64,000 nt of DNA from an uncultured Acidobacteriota bacterium. Lineage in GTDB: Bacteria > Acidobacteriota > UBA6911. A program made the translations under genes and the position numbers. The stretch lies in contig CAWEJX010000001.1 of NCBI GenBank assembly GCA_963809485.1, positions 224,001 to 288,000 on the forward strand. The letters run 5' to 3'. Below the pieces are notes generated by a model that searched no databases, was not told the origin of the DNA, and saw only the letters and a program-made list of their open reading frames with translations. Positions 29,005 to 38,992 of this stretch are shown here, one piece after another. Positions within the stretch are counted from its first letter, which is position 1; each line of letters opens with the position of its first letter.

Positions 29005-30463
29005 CAATACTGTTCACTTAACAGTGTAATCTGTGGTATCCTGTCAATAAATTTGACAGGAGGACCACTTATGGCACGAACTATTGCTGAACTCCCCAGC
29101 GGCACACGTATAACCGATTTCATCAGCCTGGGGGTACTGACAAAGACGTTTCCGCCCGCTGCAATCCAGGCTGTGCTCCGCGGTACGGGCAAAGCCAGCG
29201 TAAGACAAAGGGATCTGCCCGCTCACGTGGTTGTCTACTATGTAATCGCATTGGCCTTGTACATGCAGTCCTCCTACCGCGAGGTGCTGCGCTGCCTTTT
29301 TGAAGGCATCCAGTGGCTTCTGGGACCGGGGGCCACTGTCAAGGTGACGGGCAAGTCCGGTATTTCTCAGGCGCGTACACGTCTGGGATGGGAACCACTC
29401 CAGCGATTGCACGACAGGATTGTGAAACCTATTGCTGTCGAGTCGACCCAAGGGGCATGGTATCGCAGGTGGCGTCTGGTCAGCATAGATGGCAGCACTT
29501 TGGATACCGCAGACGAAAAAGATAATGCAAAGTCGTTTGGCCGGCCTTCCGCCAGCCGAGGCAAGAGTGCGTTTCCCCAGATTCGCTTCGTATCCCTGGT
29601 TGAAAATGGAACTCACGTGTTGTTTGGAACCCGGATGGGAGGAGTAGACACGGGAGAGATTACCCTGGCCAAACAAGTATTGTCTTCTTTGGCCAAAGGG
29701 ATGCTGTGTCTTGCCGACCGAAACTTCTTTGGATTTGCGTTGTGGAATCAGGCACGTTCGACCGGCGCAGACCTGCTCTGGAGGGTAAAAAAGAATCTGC
29801 GCCTTCCGTGCGAGAAACGTCTGCCCGACGGCTCGTACCTGAGCAGGATTTATGAGTCGCCCAAGGATCAGCGGCATGGTCAGAATGGAGTGACTGTTCG
29901 CGTTGTCGAATATAGGCTGGAGGGGATTCCCGGAGCCGAACCTATCTACCGGCTGCTGACAACGATTTTGGATCACGAGGCCGCCCCGGCGATTGAGTTG
30001 GCGGCGCTTTATCATGAACGATGGGAAATCGAAACGGCCTTGGACGAACTCAAGACGCATTTGCGCGGCTCCCGGATTGTCTTACGAAGCAAAACCCCAG
30101 ATCTGGTGCAGCAAGAATTTTACGGATTGATGATGGCGCACTTCGCCATCCGCGGACTGATGCACGAGGCGGCGTTGAAGGCCAACGAAGATCCGGATAC
30201 ACTTTCATTCCTGCACGCGGTCCGCGTGGTCCGCAGGAAAATCGCGCGGTTCGCGTCAATTCCCCCCTCGGGACAGGAAAGCATTCCATGAGGCGGTATT
30301 GATGGAGATCCTGCAAGAGCGCGTCGTATCTAGCCGATCGCGGAGCAATCCTCGCGGCCTCAAACGAAAGATGAGCAATTATCCGCTGCGGCCGCGTAAG
30401 CGAGCGAGAACGAAGTGGATAGTGGTTGAGAATCATATCCGACTCATTAAGTGAACAGTATTG
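29005..30463 (+). mobile_element. IS4-family insertion sequence, 1459 bp
   Basis: 17 bp perfect IRs CAATACTGTTCACTTAA (29005-29021 / 30447-30463). 10 bp target duplication GGGCTAAGAC (28995-29004 / 30464-30473). Confidence 0.95.
29071..30291 (+). CDS. IS4-family DDE transposase (possible +1-frame C-terminal extension to 30454)
   Basis: SGISQARTRLG, SIDGS, LADRNF, YHERWEIETALDELK (YREK motif). SD AGGAGG. Confidence 0.93.
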   Translation: MARTIAELPSGTRITDFISLGVLTKTFPPAAIQAVLRGTGKASVRQRDLPAHVVVYYVIALALYMQSSYREVLRCLFEGIQWLLGPGATVKVTGKSGISQARTRLGWEPLQRLHDRIVKPIAVESTQGAWYRRWRLVSIDGSTLDTADEKDNAKSFGRPSASRGKSAFPQIRFVSLVENGTHVLFGTRMGGVDTGEITLAKQVLSSLAKGMLCLADRNFFGFALWNQARSTGADLLWRVKKNLRLPCEKRLPDGSYLSRIYESPKDQRHGQNGVTVRVVEYRLEGIPGAEPIYRLLTTILDHEAAPAIELAALYHERWEIETALDELKTHLRGSRIVLRSKTPDLVQQEFYGLMMAHFAIRGLMHEAALKANEDPDTLSFLHAVRVVRRKIARFASIPPSGQESIP

Positions 30464-30466
30464 GGG

Positions 30467-31324
30467 CTAAGACTGAAGGATCACATTGGCCGCGCAATGG
30501 GAAAGCACTCGCTCGGTCGTGCTGCCGAACAGCACCTCACGGATGGGGCTATGACCATAGGCCCCCATAACCACAAGGTCAAAGCATCCGGATGTCGCAA
30601 GCTCGCAGATCACGTCCGCGGGCTTGGCGCTGACATGCACCTGTTTCCTTGCACGGACTCCGTGATGCAACAGGAAAGATTCCGCCGGCAAGAGGGTTTC
30701 CTGCCCGATTTCATCCGAGGGAGCTACGGCAATGAGCCTACAATCCACTCCCGGGCGCGCGGTGAGTTCGGCCGCAACCAGCAGGGCACGCGCAGAATGG
30801 CTGCTGCCGTCATACGCAACGAGAATGCTGCGGATATCGCCCTCCTCGCGAAATTCCGACCCGGCGACGAGAACAGGGCGAACCGAACCGCGGATGACAG
30901 GTGCGACCCATCCGTCAACAGTCTCTTCCGCACTGGTGATGCGGCTGTAGCCTGTGCGGGAAAGCACCACGATATCATGGGCTGCCGCCACATGGCTGAT
31001 CACATCTCCCGGGATTCCGGCCTTGATTTCCGAGGAGCATGGGATCCCCCTTGAAGCGCACTGTTCGCTTAGCTGCGCCAGGCGTTGCTCTGCAATTGCG
31101 GTCAAATCATTCATTAAAGCCTGGCTCTCTTTCAATGGAGGCACCATGACCGAGGGCATGAATCCGTCCGGAGTCCCGATCACAGGGACCTCGAAAGCGG
31201 CGATATCGATGACTGAAAGCGCGTGGATACGGCTTCCTTCCTTCCTGGCGAGCCAAAAAGCATAGTTTTTTGCGTTGACATCGTGCGGTGTTTCGGACAA
31301 AACCAGCAGTATAGACCGGATCAT
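30467..31324 (-). CDS. Universal stress protein (tandem USP domains)
   Basis: IRSILL..., ILVAYDGSSHSARAL, DLVVMGAYGHSPIREVLFGSTTERVL. Confidence 0.92.
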   Translation of the reverse strand: MIRSILLVLSETPHDVNAKNYAFWLARKEGSRIHALSVIDIAAFEVPVIGTPDGFMPSVMVPPLKESQALMNDLTAIAEQRLAQLSEQCASRGIPCSSEIKAGIPGDVISHVAAAHDIVVLSRTGYSRITSAEETVDGWVAPVIRGSVRPVLVAGSEFREEGDIRSILVAYDGSSHSARALLVAAELTARPGVDCRLIAVAPSDEIGQETLLPAESFLLHHGVRARKQVHVSAKPADVICELATSGCFDLVVMGAYGHSPIREVLFGSTTERVLSHCAANVILQS

Positions 31325-31392
31325 GGAGCCCTCCTATGAATGCTCAGAGCCACTGGAACTCATGAGCCCTGAAAATTGTTTCCACTTCCTGA

Positions 31393-32526
31393 CTATGCCA
31401 CCCCGAGATCAGACTTAATCCTGAAGAGATTCAGTATGTCGCGACGGGAAACGATGCCCACCAGCCGCCCGTTTTCCACGACAGGCATTCGACCGATATC
31501 GCCGGATACCATTTTCGAGAGCGCTTCGGTCGCGTCATCGGCCGGGCTCAAACAGGGTACGAGTTCGACAGGCGTCATGATGTCCCGGACCTGTTTGAAT
31601 CCCCACAGCTCTTTGGCTATCGTTTTCACTCCCTCCAGCGACACCATGCCGACAAACTCGTCGCGGTTAAAAACCGGGAAATTTGTAAACTGATGTTTGT
31701 AGATGTAGCTCTGCACCAGCTCATCAATCGGAATCAGCCAGTCCACAGACACGACATTTTCGGTCATAATCTGCCGCACCTGCACGCCTGCCAGGGTGCG
31801 CTGCATCATGACCGCCTGATAGCTTCCCACGGCAGACTGTTTCATGAACAGGCCGATGAAGATAAACCATAGTCCGGAAATCAGGCTCTGCGTCACGAGA
31901 AACTGGAGAATGCCGAAAATGATCAGGAACAACGCAAATCCGTTGCCCAGCTGGCTGACTACTTTGGTAGCGCGGGTTAAATCATCCCAACGGTCCCAGA
32001 GAATTGCCCTCAGAATTCTCCCGCCGTCGAGCGGAAAGCCGGGAATCATGTTAAAGAAGGCCAGAACAACGTTGGCGAATGCCAGCCAGCCCGCAATGGC
32101 AGAAACCGGCGTCGGCGAACCTCCAATCAGCGCGAAGGAATAGACGGTAAGGAAAAACATGCCCAGCGCCATGCTTGCCGCCGGCCCGGAGAGAGCTATC
32201 AGGAATTCGTGCCGGCCGGTCTTCGGCTCCGAAGCAACCTGCGCAAGACCGCCGAAAATCAGCAGCCGGATGCTGTGGACCTTGATTCCGTACTTAAGGG
32301 CGACAAAAGAATGCGCAAGCTCGTGGATCAAAACCGACAGGAAAAACAGCAAGGCCGAGACGGCTCCCATGATCCAATATTGCGCGACCGAGTAGTGCTG
32401 ATGAGACTGCGGGAAATAAAGCTCAGCCATGGTATACATCACGAGGAAGAAAATGATAAACCACGAGTAGTCGATCATGATTTCTATCCCGCCGATACGC
32501 AAAAGGCTGAAACCTCGGAGTTTCAT
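31393..32526 (-). CDS. Site-2 protease (M50) with a CBS pair
   Basis: HELAH, FNMIPGFPLDGG, two CBS domains. Confidence 0.92.
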   Translation of the reverse strand: MKLRGFSLLRIGGIEIMIDYSWFIIFFLVMYTMAELYFPQSHQHYSVAQYWIMGAVSALLFFLSVLIHELAHSFVALKYGIKVHSIRLLIFGGLAQVASEPKTGRHEFLIALSGPAASMALGMFFLTVYSFALIGGSPTPVSAIAGWLAFANVVLAFFNMIPGFPLDGGRILRAILWDRWDDLTRATKVVSQLGNGFALFLIIFGILQFLVTQSLISGLWFIFIGLFMKQSAVGSYQAVMMQRTLAGVQVRQIMTENVVSVDWLIPIDELVQSYIYKHQFTNFPVFNRDEFVGMVSLEGVKTIAKELWGFKQVRDIMTPVELVPCLSPADDATEALSKMVSGDIGRMPVVENGRLVGIVSRRDILNLFRIKSDLGVA

Positions 32527-32626
32527 ATCTTAAGATATATCACGAAGTACATGGCGAGACCAGACGAGCACGCAACCGGCCGGGGATTCCGTATGGGACG
32601 CCATACGCTCTAAGAATGCCGACCTG

Positions 32627-33199
32627 CTATTGCTTTGCAGAGATGGAGGAATCGGAGAAAACTTCAGCCTCGAATGCGTATATGACCGTATCGGGATCGA
32701 GGTAGGCGGTTTCCGGGAGCCCCGCCTTACGGCAGGTATGCTGAAGGAATGCGGTTCGATCCCACTGGTATTCAACAGCCACCTGCGGCAGGAGCAATCC
32801 ATGGAAGTGCCCCTGGACGATATAAAGCCCGTGCTTCCCAACCTCGATTTCCTCCGGATCCCGTACGCGGCGGAATGGGCTCAGCACGGAAATTTCAATG
32901 CTGAGGTCTGCAATTTCGTCCTCGTGCACCGGGACGAAGCGCGTATCTTCCGTGGCGGCGCTCAACACACAATGCTGAACCACCCGGTAGAGTTCCCGGT
33001 CGGGGTAGAGTTGTCCAATGCAGCCGCGAAGCTCGTCTCCGTTATGCAAAGACACAAAAGCGCCCTTCCGCTCAATCAGGCCTGCACAGGAGGTGTGATA
33101 GGGAGGAGCTTTACCGTCTTCGAGGTAAGTCTTGAGCGTGGTTCGCGCAAGATTTAAGAGTTTTTGCTTTTCAGAATCATCCAACATAATCCTGCTCAC
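32627..33199 (-). CDS. amrA: AmmeMemoRadiSam system protein A
   Basis: GAFVSLH..ELRGCIG, DTRF, IEISVLSP, GLLLPQVA, CRKAGL. Confidence 0.9.
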   Translation of the reverse strand: MSRIMLDDSEKQKLLNLARTTLKTYLEDGKAPPYHTSCAGLIERKGAFVSLHNGDELRGCIGQLYPDRELYRVVQHCVLSAATEDTRFVPVHEDEIADLSIEISVLSPFRRVRDPEEIEVGKHGLYIVQGHFHGLLLPQVAVEYQWDRTAFLQHTCRKAGLPETAYLDPDTVIYAFEAEVFSDSSISAKQ

Positions 33200-33211
33200 G
33201 TCAGTCCGTCT

Positions 33212-33898
33212 TTATGAATCCGCCCGGGGCGGAGGTTCGCCGCCCGATTCCTGCTTCTGCATCTGTTCAAGCTTGCGCAGGCGTCCAAGTTCCCGGCGCT
33301 CTGCCGCCCAACGCCGCCTCCGTTTAAGCACTTTCAGGCGCCGCCGCTCGCGGTATTTGATGCTGTTATCGAGTTTCGACCAGAACTCCCGGAAATACTG
33401 GATCATGGATACGAGTGCAAAAAAGACCACCGCCCAAAGCAGCAGTTTGGCCGTGCTCTGCACCCAGCCGCCGTATTTGTGCCCCAATATCAGTCCTACG
33501 ACTGCGGCGACTTGCGTAATCATTTTGCCTTTGCCAAGAGTAGAAACGTCAATGGAAAACCCTTCGTGAGCCGCTATGCTGCGGAGTCCGCTGACCGCAA
33601 ATTCCCGTCCTATGATGATCACCACCATCCAGGCGGGCGCAATTTTTAGCTGGACCAGGGAAATCAACGCGGAGCATATCAGCAGCTTATCGGCAATGGG
33701 ATCCAGGAGCCGACCCAGCGTGGTTACCTGCTTGCGCCTCCGGGCAAGGTATCCATCGAGCAGATCCGTCAATGCGGCCGCCAGGAAAAGGCTGGCGCCC
33801 AACAGTGCATAATCCCTGATCTTTACCGTCAGCAGCACCGCGACCACTATAGGCACGAAAAAAATACGGGCAAGTGTAAGCGCATTCGGTAAATTCAT
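33212..33898 (-). CDS. pgsA: CDP-diacylglycerol--glycerol-3-phosphate 3-phosphatidyltransferase
   Basis: MNLPNALTLARI, DLLDGYLARR..VTTLGRLLDPIADK, REFAVSGLR. Confidence 0.92.
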   Translation of the reverse strand: MNLPNALTLARIFFVPIVVAVLLTVKIRDYALLGASLFLAAALTDLLDGYLARRRKQVTTLGRLLDPIADKLLICSALISLVQLKIAPAWMVVIIIGREFAVSGLRSIAAHEGFSIDVSTLGKGKMITQVAAVVGLILGHKYGGWVQSTAKLLLWAVVFFALVSMIQYFREFWSKLDNSIKYRERRRLKVLKRRRRWAAERRELGRLRKLEQMQKQESGGEPPPRADS

Positions 33899-34087
33899 AG
33901 GCGCAGCCAAATCAGCATACAATTTTTCAAGACATCATGACGATGTCATTTTATTACAATAAGGTATCGGGGTGTTACCAGAGACTTTAACGATGCGGGG
34001 GGAACCCGGGCCAAAAGAGACAGCCATGGTCGAATCAACCCTTGCATTCTGTGCTATGATTTGTGCCTGAACGGAGGCTTATAAATC

Positions 34088-35128
34088 GTGGTCAAGGCAC
34101 TCATACTGGCAGGAGGCAAAGGGGCGCGATTAAGGCCGCTGGCACTCCACATACCAAAGCCCATCGTCCCGCTGGCAAACATCCCGTTCCTCTTTTTTCA
34201 GATCGATCACATCAAGCGGGCGAATATTACCGAGATTATTCTCAGCCTTTCCTACCAGCCCCGCAAAATCACCGATATCTTCGGCGACGGCATGAAATAT
34301 GGCGTTACGATCCGGTACACCCATGAAGATTTGCCGCGTGGAACCGCCGGGGCTTTTAAGGCAGCGGAAAACCTCATCGATGATACAAGCATCGTGCTCA
34401 ACGGCGATGTCCTTACCGATACCGACCTGCTGAGCGTCCTTGAATATCACAGATCCAAACAGGCGGAAGCCACCATCGTGATGGCACGAGTCATGAATCC
34501 GGTCGGTTACGGCCTGGTCGAGACCAATTCAGAGGGCCGGGTTGTCCGTTTCACCGAAAAGCCGCCTGAAGATGAAGTTACCGGGGATACCATTAATGCC
34601 GGCATCTACATCCTGGAGCGGTCCATCCTGGATCGCATACCTGCTGAAGGCACCCAGAGTTTCGAACGCGAACTCTTCCCGGCTATGGTCCAGGAAGGAG
34701 CTCGGGTTTATGCTTTTCTCACGCACGGATATTGGCAGGACGTCGGCAATCCCCAGAAGTATCTTGAAGCAAGCTACGGCATCATTTCCGGAAGGACAAA
34801 GCTGCCCACCTATCCGCAGAAAGCCTGCCCTCCCAACAATTGGGACAAAAACGAGGTCTCCATCGATTCGTTTTCAATCCTGGATGGAAAGTGCGTAATA
34901 AAAACGGGAGTGGTAATTGAAAATTCGGTGCTCGGAGAGGGGTGCCGAATTGAGGAAGGCGCTTTCATTAAGGATTCGGTCCTGTGGAGCGGCACACGGG
35001 TTCTTCCCAATGCGCGCATTGAACGGGCTATTATCGGAAGGCTATGTCACATCGGGGAAGGTGCGCGCCTGCGTCCCGGAACCGTGCTGGGAGACAAATC
35101 CATCGTTTCCGATTTCAGCGTCATTTAG
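34088..35128 (+). CDS. NDP-sugar synthase (mannose-1-phosphate guanylyltransferase-like)
   Basis: LAGGKGARLRPL..PKP, GTAG, NGD, FTEKP, INAGIY, WQDVG, C-terminal hexapeptide repeats. Confidence 0.88.
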   Translation: MVKALILAGGKGARLRPLALHIPKPIVPLANIPFLFFQIDHIKRANITEIILSLSYQPRKITDIFGDGMKYGVTIRYTHEDLPRGTAGAFKAAENLIDDTSIVLNGDVLTDTDLLSVLEYHRSKQAEATIVMARVMNPVGYGLVETNSEGRVVRFTEKPPEDEVTGDTINAGIYILERSILDRIPAEGTQSFERELFPAMVQEGARVYAFLTHGYWQDVGNPQKYLEASYGIISGRTKLPTYPQKACPPNNWDKNEVSIDSFSILDGKCVIKTGVVIENSVLGEGCRIEEGAFIKDSVLWSGTRVLPNARIERAIIGRLCHIGEGARLRPGTVLGDKSIVSDFSVI

Positions 35129-35162
35129 AGGAGTTCCGGCCGCGGATGGACCATGAAAGCTT

Positions 35163-35975
35163 TTACCGCTTGACGATGTAATCTCCGGGGTGAATCTCCC
35201 TTAGACTGTTGACGATCTTGCCGGCTGAAATCTGATTCCCTGCATGCAAAACCACAAAATCCCCCAAAACCTTGGGCGGAAGGCTGCGGTCGCTCAGCAT
35301 TTCACTCAACCTGGAACGGAAAGTAAAGCTGTTCCTTAGCGGCGAATACACAGACCGCGATTTTCCCCCGTCGACTTCGGTTTCCTTTGAGTCAAATTCC
35401 GGGTGTGGACGGAAGATCGTGAATCGGTCACCCGGCTTAATGCCGTCGCGCCCGCCGAGGCCGATGAAAGCGAAATTCCCGGCTGTCATTTCCCGTATAT
35501 CGTCCTTACCGAAAAGGATTGAGCCGAAAATGCCCTGTTCCGGAATCGGGGTCAGAGCGTTCGAAAGCTCCCCGCCATATTCGACCACAGGCTTGGGTGC
35601 ATTGGCCATCACAACATCGCCCTTAAGCATCTCCTGGCAGGACATGATCACGCGCGCTGTCGCTGTCCCCCCGCCGACTGTCTCGATTCGAACCGTTCCG
35701 ATATCCTTATGGTAGACCCCCGGCGCACGATCGCGGATGCTGCCTTCGGGACGGATAACCCTTTGAATTTCACCTGCTTTTAGCTCGGAGACTTTGGGCC
35801 CGTTGAGCAAAAGGATCTGCCCTTCGACGGCATAGGCGGTGCTCCCTTCGTCCTGCATGCCGGCAATATAAACATCCATGGGAACGGGGAAATCCTGGAC
35901 GAAGCCAAGGCAGGCCATTTCACCCGGAGTAGCTACCTGTACTGCAAGAAACAGAAGTAGAGTATACATGCCCAT
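35163..35975 (-). CDS. Exported hypothetical protein (FlgT C-terminal-like beta repeats)
   Basis: Short hydrophobic N-terminus; GGRDGIKPGDRFTIFR; LREIHPGDYIV. Confidence 0.7.
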   Translation of the reverse strand: MGMYTLLLFLAVQVATPGEMACLGFVQDFPVPMDVYIAGMQDEGSTAYAVEGQILLLNGPKVSELKAGEIQRVIRPEGSIRDRAPGVYHKDIGTVRIETVGGGTATARVIMSCQEMLKGDVVMANAPKPVVEYGGELSNALTPIPEQGIFGSILFGKDDIREMTAGNFAFIGLGGRDGIKPGDRFTIFRPHPEFDSKETEVDGGKSRSVYSPLRNSFTFRSRLSEMLSDRSLPPKVLGDFVVLHAGNQISAGKIVNSLREIHPGDYIVKR

Positions 35976-36078
35976 CAGATCGGCGGCGCGAGGCGCGGAA
36001 TTTAGAACAAAAACAGCCTATTGATCGACGGAATCCCATCTTCATGGGGCAGGTGCGTTTGTCGATATTGCCGGGAGC

Positions 36079-37890
36079 TCAGTCGTTCTCGGGCTTGCTC
36101 CTGTAGCGCTCGATGATGCTTGCGGCGGCTTTGGGGCCGACATAGAGTGCCAGTTCGTCGTAGGCTGCCTGTTTGACCCGCTCCAGGCTGCCGAAGGCAC
36201 GCAATAACACCTTCTTGCGCACTTCGCCTATTCCGGGAATGTCCATCAATTCCGAATCGAAATCGCGCAATTCCCTCCGCTTGCGGTGATAGGTCACGGC
36301 AAAGCGATGCGCTTCATCCCGCATCTTCTGGATCAGGTGCAGAACCGGCGAGTCTTTCGGCAGCTCGACAGGCTGGCTTTCCCTTCCCTTCAGATAGAGG
36401 ATTTCTTCATTCTTGGCGATGGCGGCAACCGCCTGGTTTTCCAGCCCCAGATCGTCCAATGCGGAAATCGCGGCTGAGAGCTGTCCTTTGCCTCCATCTA
36501 TAAGAACGAGATCCGGCAAATTGCCCTCGTCCTGCTCCAGCATGTTTTCATAATGGCGGTGGACGACCTCACGCATGGAGGCAAAGTCGTCCGGGCCCTT
36601 GACGCTTTCTATTTTGAACTTTCGGTATCCGCCCGGTTTCATCTGGCCGTTCACGCACAGGACCATGCTCGCGACAGTATCGGTCCCCTGGACGTGAGAG
36701 ATGTCGAATGTCTCAATCCGGCGCGGCAAGGAATCCAGGCCGAGGGCAAGCTGCAGGGGTTTCAGAAGCTCCTCTCCTTTGGGTTTCACGATCCGGAAAC
36801 GGGTCTCAAACGACATCCGGGCGTTGCGCATGACCAGATCGAGCATCTCGGATTTGATCCCTTGCCTGGGCGACCGGATATACACCCGGCTTCCTTTGCG
36901 CTCTGAAAGCCAGGTCTCGAGCACCTCCGCATCCTCCACGTCGGCCGGTATATAGATCTCCTTGGGAGTGAAGGTGTTCTGCAGATAATATTGGTTCAGT
37001 GCCTGGGAAAAAAATTCTCCGGGATCGATTGAAACCAGGTCCTCCCAGAAAAACTCGCGGCGCCCGACCACCCGTCCGCCGCGCATGGCAAAAACCTCCA
37101 ATGCGAGCTGCGAGCCCTCCTGGTGATAGCCGAACAGATCGCAATCGTCCTGGCCCTCAAGGACCATTTTCTGCCGCTCCGACATTTCCCGCACCATCGA
37201 TATCCAGTCACGATAAAGCGCGGCAGCCTCATATCTTGTATCTTCAGCGGCTTCGTTCATCCGGCGTTCAAGCTGCCGTATCAGTTCATCCGTCCTGCCC
37301 GAAAGCAGCATTTTCACTCCCTCGACGGCACGATCATATTCCTCTTTGTTGCACAAGCCTGCGACACACGGGCCCAGGCAGCGCTTCATCTGGTAATCGA
37401 GGCACGGACGGGCGAGTGAACCGTCAATGGGCAGGTTGCAGGTACGCAGCTTGAAATATTTGTTGATCACCTTGAGAGTCTGACGGGCATAGCTTGCGGG
37501 AAGGAACGGCCCGAAATACAGTGCTCCATCTCTCCGGATGCGGCGTGTGATGAAGATTCTGGGATACGCCTCGTTGATCGTCAGCTTCAGGTAGGGAAAA
37601 CTTTTATCGTCCTTCAGGTTTACGTTGTATCGAGGCTGATTCTTTTTGACCAGGGTTGATTCGAGGATCAGGGCTTCCACTTCACTGTCGGTTACTATGA
37701 ACTCCAGGTCGGCGACCTCCAAAACCAGGTGCTGCGTTTTGAGGTCCGGCTGCCGGCTCTCCTGAAAATAGGAACGGACGCGGTGGCGCAGAGAACGCGC
37801 CTTCCCGACATAGATGATTTTGCCTCCGGCGTCCTTATAGATATAAACGCCGGGCTCAACCGGCAGATTGTCGATCTTCTGCTGCAGCAC
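36079..37890 (-). CDS. uvrC: Excinuclease ABC subunit C
   Basis: PGVY...IIYVGKA, PRYNVNLKDDK, RIETFDISH, IDGGKGQL, RDEAHRFA, HhH IPGIG. Confidence 0.96.
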   Translation of the reverse strand: MLQQKIDNLPVEPGVYIYKDAGGKIIYVGKARSLRHRVRSYFQESRQPDLKTQHLVLEVADLEFIVTDSEVEALILESTLVKKNQPRYNVNLKDDKSFPYLKLTINEAYPRIFITRRIRRDGALYFGPFLPASYARQTLKVINKYFKLRTCNLPIDGSLARPCLDYQMKRCLGPCVAGLCNKEEYDRAVEGVKMLLSGRTDELIRQLERRMNEAAEDTRYEAAALYRDWISMVREMSERQKMVLEGQDDCDLFGYHQEGSQLALEVFAMRGGRVVGRREFFWEDLVSIDPGEFFSQALNQYYLQNTFTPKEIYIPADVEDAEVLETWLSERKGSRVYIRSPRQGIKSEMLDLVMRNARMSFETRFRIVKPKGEELLKPLQLALGLDSLPRRIETFDISHVQGTDTVASMVLCVNGQMKPGGYRKFKIESVKGPDDFASMREVVHRHYENMLEQDEGNLPDLVLIDGGKGQLSAAISALDDLGLENQAVAAIAKNEEILYLKGRESQPVELPKDSPVLHLIQKMRDEAHRFAVTYHRKRRELRDFDSELMDIPGIGEVRKKVLLRAFGSLERVKQAAYDELALYVGPKAAASIIERYRSKPEND

Positions 37891-37911
37891 AAAATAAGGG
37901 TACCACAAACC

Positions 37912-37946
37912 AAATGACGAATGACGAATGACGAATTACGAATGAA
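37912..37946. repeat. Heptamer array (GAATGAC/GAATTAC)n; degenerate opposite arm up to ~38114
   Basis: AAATGAC GAATGAC GAATGAC GAATTAC GAATGAA; GTAATTCGTAATT at 38102-38114. Confidence 0.65.
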
Positions 37947-38119
37947 AGCACACCGAAAAGGCTAAGGCTACCGTACCATTCATTTGATTATTGGCCGTCA
38001 AATCGCGTTGTTTGCATGGCGACAGGAAAGTGGCTGTGCTGCCTTGCTGTCATTCAATTTCCCGATTTGGATGGCCGATGAAGCCCTCCATCAGGTCTGC
38101 TGTAATTCGTAATTACATT

Positions 38120-38507
38120 GGTAAACCCCCGGCTCTGCAGGGGGACTCAAAGAGTTTGACAGCTCCGTATTTTGAAACGCTGAGAAACGCTGATAAAGCG
38201 CTGACAACCGATTTGTTCGGCGAGGGTCGGCGAGCAAAAGCCGATGAGGCGCTTCCGATGGAGTTTTCTGCGGCGGCACTGTGGTAAACGCCCGGTTTCT
38301 CATACCCTTCATCTCCTTGCCGCGCGGCGCTTGCCACAGTGCCGCCGCAGAAAACTGTCCAGCGCGGAGCGCTGGCCCCTGCGGGGATCGGAAGCGCCTC
38401 ATCGGCTTTTGCCCGCGTAAGTCAGCGTTCAAGACCGGCGTAACTCCTCCAACCGCTTTGAGCGGTTCAAATCTTTCAAGCTTCCGGCTTTGCCGGAGGT
38501 ACCTGAC
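38120..38507 (+). mobile_element. Non-autonomous IS200/IS605-end element, copy A, with a nested hairpin insertion
   Basis: Left hairpin CCCCCGGCTCTGCAGGGGG followed by ACTCAAAGAGTTTGACAG. Right end AACCGCTTTGAGCGGTT...CTTCCGGCTTTGCCGGAGG-TACC-TGAC. Aligns with the reverse complement of 62578-62790. Confidence 0.7.
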
Positions 38508-38954
38508 TCACATCAGGCGGGCTTTCACCATCTCGCTGATTTTGCCGCCGTCAACGGGTCGGCCGGCAAAACGGGCCATGCAGGCTTTCATGACCTTGCC
38601 CATGTCTTTTATGGAAACCGCCCCGGTCTCGAGGATTACTTCCTGAACGGCTTTTTCCATTTCTTCTTCGGTGACTGCCGCCGGGAGGTATTCTTCAATC
38701 ACGGCAATTTCGGCCGTTTCCTTTCCGGCCAGGTCAAGCCGACCCCCTTTGGTAAACTGCTCAATGGAATCCCGGCGCTGTTTGATGAGGCTGATGAGAA
38801 CCTGCACGACCTCGCCGTCCTCCAGTTCTTTGATCAGGTCGATTTCCTTGTTCTTCACCGCAGCCTTCATCATGCGCAGCACGCTCAGGCGTTCCGCTTC
38901 CTTAGCCTTCATCGCAGCCGTCAAATCCGCATTGATCTTGTCGCGTAATCGCAT
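38508..38954 (-). CDS. GatB/YqeY domain protein
   Basis: LTAAMKAKE..RLSVLRM, KQRRDSIEQF..GGRLDL, YLP, KDMGKVM. Confidence 0.92.
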   Translation of the reverse strand: MRLRDKINADLTAAMKAKEAERLSVLRMMKAAVKNKEIDLIKELEDGEVVQVLISLIKQRRDSIEQFTKGGRLDLAGKETAEIAVIEEYLPAAVTEEEMEKAVQEVILETGAVSIKDMGKVMKACMARFAGRPVDGGKISEMVKARLM

Positions 38955-38992
38955 AACCCCTCTTTCCTGAATTAAGAAACGGGCCTTTCGGA

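Noticed and set aside
29044-30060. 338 aa minus-strand ORF inside IS4
   Set aside because: Antisense shadow of the transposase.
37991-38646. Short ORFs across the uvrC-yqeY intergenic region
   Set aside because: They derive from palindromic repeats (the same peptide FSAAALW appears on both strands) and are not credible genes.
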